Source of the DNA: Clostridiales bacterium
GTDB taxonomy: Bacteria; Bacillota; Clostridia; Clostridiales; Clostridiaceae
Length of the DNA stretch: 32,000 nucleotides
Assembly: GCA_017889345.1 (NCBI GenBank)
Contig: JAGHEJ010000059.1
Span: 13,280 to 45,279 of the forward strand
Reading direction: 5' to 3'
Part shown: positions 8,718 through 15,334 of the stretch, piece by piece
Position numbering within the stretch: position 1 is the first letter of the stretch
Layout: each line of letters opens with the position of its first letter
Made by a program: the position numbers and the translations under genes
The notes under the pieces: generated by a model
What the model saw: the letters and a program-made list of their open reading frames with translations, nothing else
Databases searched by the model: none
What the model was told of the DNA's origin: nothing

Positions 8718-10451
8718 TTACTCAGCCACATCTATAAACTTAAAATTTTTAACATCAAATAATCCTTTATCAGTAATTTTAATTTCAGGAATTACAGGTA
8801 AGGATAAAAATGAGAGGGTTAAAAATGGATTAAAGTTTATATCTGGAGAAATCTCTTTAATAACGTGGTGAAGTTTTTCTAAATCTTTTATAACTTCATT
8901 TGTTTTTCTATTTGTAATAAGTCCTCCAATTTCTAATTTTAAACTTGAAAGTAATTCTCCATCTTTAACAATAACAATTCCCCCTCCAAATTCTTTTATT
9001 TTGTTGCAAGCAATTACCATATCTTTATCATTCGCTCCACAAACAATTAAGTTGTGAGAGTCGTGGGCAATTGTTGTAGCTATGGCTCCTGAATTTAGTT
9101 TTAAACCTTTTACAATTCCAAGTCCAATATTATTTGTGTTGTTGTGGCGTTCTATAACTCCTATTTTTAATAAGTCTTTTTCAGGTGAAGAAACAAATTC
9201 ATCTTGATTGTCTAAGGAGGAAACATCAAATTTTAAATGGTTAGTTTCTAAAGCGTTAGGAATTATTTCAATTACATTTATTTTTGATTTACCTTTTAGA
9301 GAGATTTTAAAATTTTCCTCTTTAAGATTTGGAATATTAATAGAAGATTTAATGTTTATTTTAAATGAATCATTATTTTCATTAACTAAAGAATTATCTT
9401 TAACAACTAAAGATCCATTTTTATATACTTCTGATATTTTAAAATCTTGTAGGGAATCTAAAATTAAAAAATCAGCGATATAACCAGGAGCTATAGCGCC
9501 TTTTCTTTTTAAGGAATAACATTCACATGGATTAAGAGTTGCCATTTGAATAGAAATTTCGGGATTTAGTCCATGTTTTATACAAAGTCTTATGGAATTA
9601 TCGATTGAACCGTATTTTAAAATATCATCTATATGTTTATCATCAGTACATAAACAAAGTTTTCGACTATTGTGTATAGAAACTCCTTTAACTAATTCTT
9701 TTAAATTTTTAGCAACAGTTCCTTCTCTTATGTGAACATACATTCCTCTACGAACTCTTTCAATTAATTCTTCATAAGAATGACATTCATGATCAGTTTT
9801 AATATAGGCTGAGGCGTAAGCGTTAAGTTTATCTAAATCAAAGCCAGCTCCATGACCATCAATTATTACATCTTTTTCATAAGCATCAAAAAGTTTATTT
9901 ATCATATCTTCTTCACAAGTAAGAAGAGAATGAATGTCCATAACTTCTGCAAGACCTAAAACTTTTTCATTTTCATATAAGGGTTTTAAATGAGAACTTT
10001 TAAGGATTGCTCCGGAATTTTCAAAAGAAGTTGAGGGAACACAAGAAGGTAACATGAAGTAAAAGTCAAAAGGAATATTTTGGCTTAAATTAATCATGAG
10101 TTTTATTCCATCTATTCCCAAAACATTTGCAATTTCATGGGGATCTATAATTATAGAAGTAATTCCATGAAGAAGAGCAGTTTTATAATATTCTCTTGGA
10201 GTTAAAAGAGAGGATTCAATATGGGCGTGTCCATCAACAAGTCCTGGACAAATATATTTTCCAGTATAGTCGATTTCCTTTAATCCAGAGTATTTTCCAA
10301 GTCCAACAATATATTTTCCATGTATTGCTACATCTGAAACAAAAGTTGAGTTTTGAAAAACATCTACAATAGTTATATTTTTTATAACTAAATCACAAGG
10401 AATTTGTTTTGATGAGGCCTTTATGTTTTCTATATAGGTTTGTTTGTTCAT
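8718..10451 (-). CDS. ade: Adenine deaminase
   Basis: Amidohydrolase metal motif GLVDGHAHIESSLLTP. The 577-aa length and overall pattern fit the AdeC/YerA-type adenine deaminase. SD AAGGTGGA lies 8 nt before the ATG. Confidence 0.85.
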   Translation of the reverse strand: MNKQTYIENIKASSKQIPCDLVIKNITIVDVFQNSTFVSDVAIHGKYIVGLGKYSGLKEIDYTGKYICPGLVDGHAHIESSLLTPREYYKTALLHGITSIIIDPHEIANVLGIDGIKLMINLSQNIPFDFYFMLPSCVPSTSFENSGAILKSSHLKPLYENEKVLGLAEVMDIHSLLTCEEDMINKLFDAYEKDVIIDGHGAGFDLDKLNAYASAYIKTDHECHSYEELIERVRRGMYVHIREGTVAKNLKELVKGVSIHNSRKLCLCTDDKHIDDILKYGSIDNSIRLCIKHGLNPEISIQMATLNPCECYSLKRKGAIAPGYIADFLILDSLQDFKISEVYKNGSLVVKDNSLVNENNDSFKINIKSSINIPNLKEENFKISLKGKSKINVIEIIPNALETNHLKFDVSSLDNQDEFVSSPEKDLLKIGVIERHNNTNNIGLGIVKGLKLNSGAIATTIAHDSHNLIVCGANDKDMVIACNKIKEFGGGIVIVKDGELLSSLKLEIGGLITNRKTNEVIKDLEKLHHVIKEISPDINFNPFLTLSFLSLPVIPEIKITDKGLFDVKNFKFIDVAE

Positions 10452-10454
10452 AAG

Positions 10455-10571
10455 AAAAATCCACCTTAAAAAATATTTAACCTTCGTGGATCTAAATTCT
10501 TCATAGTAAATATCATTTACGGTGATATTGTAGATACGCTTAAACCATATTATTAAGCTTATACGAAGGTT
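10455..10571 (-). promoter_or_regulatory. Purine riboswitch, guanine class (C at the specificity position), with an SD-sequestering expression platform
   Basis: Reverse-strand RNA, aptamer core 10568-10499: CUUCGUA-UAA-GCUUAAUAAUAUGGUUUAAGC-GUAUCUAC-AAUAUCACCGUAAAUGAUAUU-UAC-UAUGAAG.
- It shows all hallmark P1/P2/P3 elements, the L2 AUAUGG loop and the L3 ACCGUAAAU loop.
- Downstream, AUCCAC can pair with the GUGGAU of the SD.
- ACGAAGGUU can alternatively pair with the 5' AACCUUCGU. Confidence 0.85.
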
Positions 10572-10581
10572 ATTACTTTAT

Positions 10582-10610
10582 ATTATAGTAGCATTTAAGC
10601 TTAACTACAA
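10582..10610 (-). promoter_or_regulatory. Candidate ade promoter (TTGTAG - 17 nt - TATAAT)
   Basis: On the reverse strand, TTGTAG is at 10610-10605 and TATAAT at 10587-10582. This places the TSS about 10 nt before riboswitch P1. Confidence 0.5.
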
Positions 10611-10739
10611 AGAATTTTTTATTTTACGTAGGGTTTATGAAGTGGAAGAATTTTTGAATTTATAGTATTCTAAATAGGAATATTTAGAAGAAATTTAAAC
10701 ACATAGGATTTTAAATTTAAATTTTATAAGGAGGATTTT

Positions 10740-11732
10740 ATGAAAATTTGCGTAGCTGGTGGGGCTGGCTTTATAGGAAGCAATTTTATTCATTATATGA
10801 TAAACAAATATAGAGATATGCAAATTGTTTGCATAGATGCTCTTACTTATGCTGGTAATTTGGAAAATTTAGAAATCATTAGGGAAAATATTAATTTTAA
10901 ATTTTATAGAGGAAATATATTAGACGAAATATTTTTAAATAAGGTTTTTGAAAAGGAAAACTTTGATGTTGTTGTAAATTTTGCTGCAGAATCTCATGTA
11001 GATAGATCTATAAAAAATGGGAAAATATTTTTAGAGACAAATATTATTGGTACAAAAAATTTAATGGATATGTGTTTAAAGTATAATGTTAAAAAATATC
11101 ATCATGTATCAACAGATGAGGTTTATGGAGATTTATCTTTAAATGATGATAGAAAATTTTTAGAAAGTGATGTATTAAAACCATCTTCTACATATGGAGT
11201 TTCAAAGGCATCTTCTGATATGCTTGTAATGAGTTATTATAGAACGTTTAATTTACAAGTTACAATTTCAAGATGTTCAAATAATTATGGTCCTTACCAA
11301 TATCCAGAAAAATTAATTCCTGTTGCAATTATAAAAGCTATTAAAGATGAAAAAATTCCTTTGTATGGAACTGGAGAAAACATTCGTGATTGGATTCATG
11401 TTTATGATCATGTAATAGGAATTGACAAAATTATTAGAGAAGGAAAAGTTGGGGAAATTTATAATATTTCTTCAGGAGTTGAGGTTTCAAATTTAGATAT
11501 AGTTAAAACCATTTTAAAGATTTTAGGGAAGGATTACTCATTAATAAATCATGTGGAAGATAGACTTGGACATGATAAAAAATATTCTATAGATTCAAGA
11601 AAGATAAAAAATGAACTTTCTTTTGAGTGTAGTGTTAACTTTAAAGAAGGGATAGAAGAAACTGTAAATTGGTATTTAAATAATTTGACTTGGGTAGAGG
11701 AAGTTTTAAAGGATAAATATATAGAAGTGTAA
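10740..11732 (+). CDS. rfbB: dTDP-glucose 4,6-dehydratase
   Basis: Motifs seen: GGAGFIGSNF Rossmann motif, LTYAGNLENL, HVSTDEVYGD, Y-x-x-x-K (YGVSKASSDMLV), RCSNNYGPYQYPEKLIP, IRDWIHVYDH. SD AAGGAGG precedes the ATG. Confidence 0.85.
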   Translation: MKICVAGGAGFIGSNFIHYMINKYRDMQIVCIDALTYAGNLENLEIIRENINFKFYRGNILDEIFLNKVFEKENFDVVVNFAAESHVDRSIKNGKIFLETNIIGTKNLMDMCLKYNVKKYHHVSTDEVYGDLSLNDDRKFLESDVLKPSSTYGVSKASSDMLVMSYYRTFNLQVTISRCSNNYGPYQYPEKLIPVAIIKAIKDEKIPLYGTGENIRDWIHVYDHVIGIDKIIREGKVGEIYNISSGVEVSNLDIVKTILKILGKDYSLINHVEDRLGHDKKYSIDSRKIKNELSFECSVNFKEGIEETVNWYLNNLTWVEEVLKDKYIEV

Positions 11733-11768
11733 TTTTATAGGAGAAAAATGAAATGAGGTTAAAGATAA

Positions 11769-12905
11769 GTGAATTATAAGAGGAGAAATTTCATTGGTAT
11801 ATTTTCTTTTGTTATTATAATTTTAGTTATGATAAATTTTAATTTCATACTTGAGGTTATTAATTATAAAATTTTAGGAATAGATTACATTGGATTTAAA
11901 GGGGAAGAACTATTTTTATCAGAGCTTAATGAAACGGATCTAACAAAAACAGAGCTTATAAATTACATAGATGAAAACTTTAATAAAATTGGAATGAAGA
12001 AGCTTAAGAATAAAGATTTTGGATTATATTTAAGAAATATTGAAGAAGAGGATAAATTTTTAGAGAAGTTTAGGCTTCCTATAGATGAAAAATTTCAAGA
12101 GGAGTTTTATAAAAGTCTTGATTTAGTTCCTGAAAACGAAAAATTTCTTGTTAAGTTTGTGATATATGATAAGGATAAAACTTATACAAGTAAACCATTT
12201 TCTATAAGGTTAGTGGACGAGCTTTATAAAAATGAAGGAAAAATGGTAATAGATGTAGATGAATTTTCAAGAGAAGGAATGGTTAGTTATATAGAACTTC
12301 CGAAATATTTAAATCTTTCTAAAAATTCAAAAATTAGTGTAAATGCAAAACATGAAGATTTACAAGTATCAGGGCTAAAAGGTGAGTATGATGAGGAAAG
12401 TGGAAAGATAAAAATTTCAAATTTAGTTCCTATAAAGCCATATTCAAATATAGAAATTGTAACTAAAAACTTAGAAGGTGTAGATGTTTTAATTAATATA
12501 AGAAGTATTTTAATGAATCCAGAATCAAAGCTTCAAGAATATTTAACTAAAATCTATTTAACCTCTTTAAATAGATATCCTTATGAAGAAGAATACTTAG
12601 AAAATTTAAATAATTTATCAAGTCACAAAGTATCTATAAGAGAATTTTTAACAAAAATAATTTTAAGTGAGGAGTTTGATAAGATAAATACTTCTCCAAA
12701 ACAAATAGTAGATAGCATTTATTATATGGTAAATAAACAAAGTATAACTGGAAGATTATCAACATTGATAGTGGATGAATTTAATAATGAACTTTTAGAT
12801 GAAAATTTAAAAAACGATGGTAAAATTAAAATTTTAGATAAATTACTTCAGGATGATAATTCTAAAAATTATATGGAATCAATATTAGAAATAAAAATTA
12901 ATTAA
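11769..12905 (+). CDS. Membrane-anchored mini-paralog: N-terminal signal-anchor TM, one FN3-like module, degenerate DUF4214-like tail
   Basis: - N-terminus: KRR followed by the hydrophobic stretch FIGIFSFVIIILVMINFNFIL.
- The segment KISNLVPIKPYSNIEIV...LQEYLTKIYLTSLNRYPYEEEYLENLNNLSSHKVSIREFL aligns to the C-terminus of 18737-21886.
- The start is uncertain: GTG 11769 has no SD. Confidence 0.65.
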   Translation: MNYKRRNFIGIFSFVIIILVMINFNFILEVINYKILGIDYIGFKGEELFLSELNETDLTKTELINYIDENFNKIGMKKLKNKDFGLYLRNIEEEDKFLEKFRLPIDEKFQEEFYKSLDLVPENEKFLVKFVIYDKDKTYTSKPFSIRLVDELYKNEGKMVIDVDEFSREGMVSYIELPKYLNLSKNSKISVNAKHEDLQVSGLKGEYDEESGKIKISNLVPIKPYSNIEIVTKNLEGVDVLINIRSILMNPESKLQEYLTKIYLTSLNRYPYEEEYLENLNNLSSHKVSIREFLTKIILSEEFDKINTSPKQIVDSIYYMVNKQSITGRLSTLIVDEFNNELLDENLKNDGKIKILDKLLQDDNSKNYMESILEIKIN

Positions 12906-13048
12906 TTTAAAAATAAAATTCAAAATACTATTAAATTTTTAAACATATGCAACGAATATTAAAGCATAAATGAAAATCAAAAAAAAATACGAGAAGATTA
13001 ACGGGTAAAACAATAAATATAATTTTAGTTATTCTCAAGGAGGAAGAA

Positions 13049-15220
13049 ATGATAAGTAAGAAATTTGCAAAGAAATTCGTTGCGACAATGTTATCTATTT
13101 CATTATGTTCAACTATTATCAGTGGACCATTAACACAGTTTGTTTATGCAATGCCTGCAACCCAAGATAGATATATCGAAGGGGATAAGCAGTTTACAAT
13201 AAATCTTTCAAATATGGAGATTTCTGCAGGAGCAAACCCAGGAGCAGTTGATTTTAATGGAAATGGAAAATATGATGAAAACGAAATGTTACCATTAAAA
13301 GGAACAGAAGATTTTAAAATTTCTAATTCAGTTACTACAAATGAAGAAAAGTTCATCGATGTAGTAGGAATTGAAGGAGGAGTTTCAAGAAGTAATATAG
13401 CTGTAGTAAGAGAAGACGTAAAAGATTATAACAAAGCATACTTAAGGGATAAGGTTACTGGAGGATATGTTTATATTAAAGTTAAGTTCTTTGGAAATGT
13501 TGCAGCTGGTCTTAAAACTCAAATAGATAAAGCCGTTGATGAGGTTAAGAAAAATAAAAACTTACTTTCTCAAGGGAAGGGTGCTCAAATTTCATTAATA
13601 GAACAAGAGACATTAGCTACAATAATACAAAACTCTCTTGGAATGGTTGATGATAGTGGAAAACTTGTAAATGAAAACTTTACACTAGATATTACTTACT
13701 CAACAGGTTCTAAAACTGAAACTAAGAAAGTTCCTTTAGTTGATATTTTAATGGATACAACAGCAGGAAAACAAAATGCGTATACAAATCCATATAATGC
13801 TCCAAAAATCGTTGATGAAGCTGGAAATGTATATTTAAAAGTTTATGGATTACCAACTGGAAGTGAAGTAACAAAAGTACAATTTGGAGGAACTCTTACA
13901 TTCCCATCAAAAGTTGAAAGTAGTGTTGCCACAGTGGTTTCAACTCAATCTAAAGTAACAGAAAAAACTGGAATAATTCCATATATTGATCCAATGTTAA
14001 CAGAATCTATTAACATTGATAACGCAAATCCGATTGACCCACTTGCAATTAAGCCTACAACTTCTTATCTCGTTGATCTTTCAGTAGATAGCAATGGAGA
14101 ATTATCATCAACAGGAAATAATGTTATTGAATATATTGGACCATTTGGTGATGATGATAAATCTCAAGGATATGAACATGCAAATATTAGACCAATTGAT
14201 ACAGCTATAGCATTTTATGATGCTTTCTATGATCCTGAAAATACAATTAAGAGAATACAAATAAAAGACGTTGATGGAAAGTTATATTCAGGTAAGATTT
14301 TAAAAGAGGGAGCAAAAGTTGGACAATATCAATCTTATGCTAAGCTTGAAGATTCTGTAAAAGATCCTGATAAGAACTCATCAGCTTATAAAGATTTTGC
14401 AATAGAAGGATTAGAGCCAGGAACAGAATATAAATTTACAGAACTTATTGTTACATTTAACTCAGGAAATGGTGATATAAACAGAAGATTTACAAACTAT
14501 GATGCAATATCTGTAAACCCACTTACAATTAGAACAATGGGTGAAGGTTCATCAAGTGGAGGAAGTGAGTCAGGAGAATTATTACAATCATTTGGATTAA
14601 AGAGCATAACTCCAACAAAAGCAGAATTTGAAATTAAGTTTAATGATCCAGAAGGAATAATAAAAGACGTAAGAATTGAGGGAGATTCAATAGCAAGTTC
14701 AGTTTATGATGCTAAAGCTAATAAACTATCTTTATATGGATTAACTCCAAATACAACTCAAAGTGGATATGAATTAGTAGTTACATTAGTTAGTGGAGAA
14801 GAGCTTGGAATGACAATAGACGACTTTACAACTAAGAGAGTAACAAATGCTAAGGAATGGATCGAAGGATTCTATAACATCTTCTTCTTAAGAGATGGAG
14901 ATCCAAGTGGTATGGAATACTGGTCACAAAAACTTTCATCACAAGAAATAAGTGTTAATTACTTTACATCAAACATTGTTAATGAGCAAGAGTACAAAGA
15001 GAAAAACTTAGACAATGCTAAGTATGTAGAGCGTATGTATAGATCTGTTACAGGAAGAACTTCAGATGCTGAGGGATTAGCTTGGTGGACTAAAACATTA
15101 GAAGAGACAATTGCTCAAACTGGAGATAGAACAGCATCAATGCAAAGTATATCTGCAAGAATGCTTGGTGAAACTGAAACGAGAAACTTCTTATCAAGTC
15201 TTGGATTAAGAGTTGAATAA
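13049..15220 (+). CDS. Secreted surface protein, paralog of 1539-4403 (FN3-like modules plus a DUF4214-like C-terminus)
   Basis: SD AAGGAGG precedes the ATG. Signal peptide: MISKKFAKKFVATMLSISLCSTIISGPLTQFVYA/MP. Collinear similarity to 1539-4403, e.g. VDEAGNVYLKVYGLPTGSEVT vs VDENGLVYLTLRGLPAGVTIT. GLEPGTEYKF and a Ser/Gly linker are present. C-terminus: WIEGFYNIFFLRDGDPSGMEYW...YVERMYRSVTGRTSDAEGLAWW. Confidence 0.85.
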   Translation: MISKKFAKKFVATMLSISLCSTIISGPLTQFVYAMPATQDRYIEGDKQFTINLSNMEISAGANPGAVDFNGNGKYDENEMLPLKGTEDFKISNSVTTNEEKFIDVVGIEGGVSRSNIAVVREDVKDYNKAYLRDKVTGGYVYIKVKFFGNVAAGLKTQIDKAVDEVKKNKNLLSQGKGAQISLIEQETLATIIQNSLGMVDDSGKLVNENFTLDITYSTGSKTETKKVPLVDILMDTTAGKQNAYTNPYNAPKIVDEAGNVYLKVYGLPTGSEVTKVQFGGTLTFPSKVESSVATVVSTQSKVTEKTGIIPYIDPMLTESINIDNANPIDPLAIKPTTSYLVDLSVDSNGELSSTGNNVIEYIGPFGDDDKSQGYEHANIRPIDTAIAFYDAFYDPENTIKRIQIKDVDGKLYSGKILKEGAKVGQYQSYAKLEDSVKDPDKNSSAYKDFAIEGLEPGTEYKFTELIVTFNSGNGDINRRFTNYDAISVNPLTIRTMGEGSSSGGSESGELLQSFGLKSITPTKAEFEIKFNDPEGIIKDVRIEGDSIASSVYDAKANKLSLYGLTPNTTQSGYELVVTLVSGEELGMTIDDFTTKRVTNAKEWIEGFYNIFFLRDGDPSGMEYWSQKLSSQEISVNYFTSNIVNEQEYKEKNLDNAKYVERMYRSVTGRTSDAEGLAWWTKTLEETIAQTGDRTASMQSISARMLGETETRNFLSSLGLRVE

Positions 15221-15232
15221 TTAATATAAAAG

Positions 15233-15268
15233 GCGTGTACAAAATTTTGTACATGCTTTTTGTTTTTT
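15233..15268 (+). terminator. Rho-independent terminator
   Basis: GCGTGTACAAAA (15233-15244) pairs with TTTTGTACATGC (15245-15256), with one G-U pair, followed by TTTTTGTTTTTT. Confidence 0.8.
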
Positions 15269-15334
15269 GGTTATATTTAATTCAGAAAATCAAATATAGA
15301 TACCGTATAGAAGAAATGAATCAAGGAGGATTTT

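Noticed and set aside
12979-12987. A9 homopolymer tracts (12979-12987 upstream of 13049, and 18368-18376 upstream of the 18397 promoter) as slipped-strand phase-variation switches.
   Set aside because: Neither lies between a -35 and a -10 element or inside a coding frame. A-runs of this length are expected in DNA this AT-rich. The second tract is better explained as an UP-element-like A-tract.
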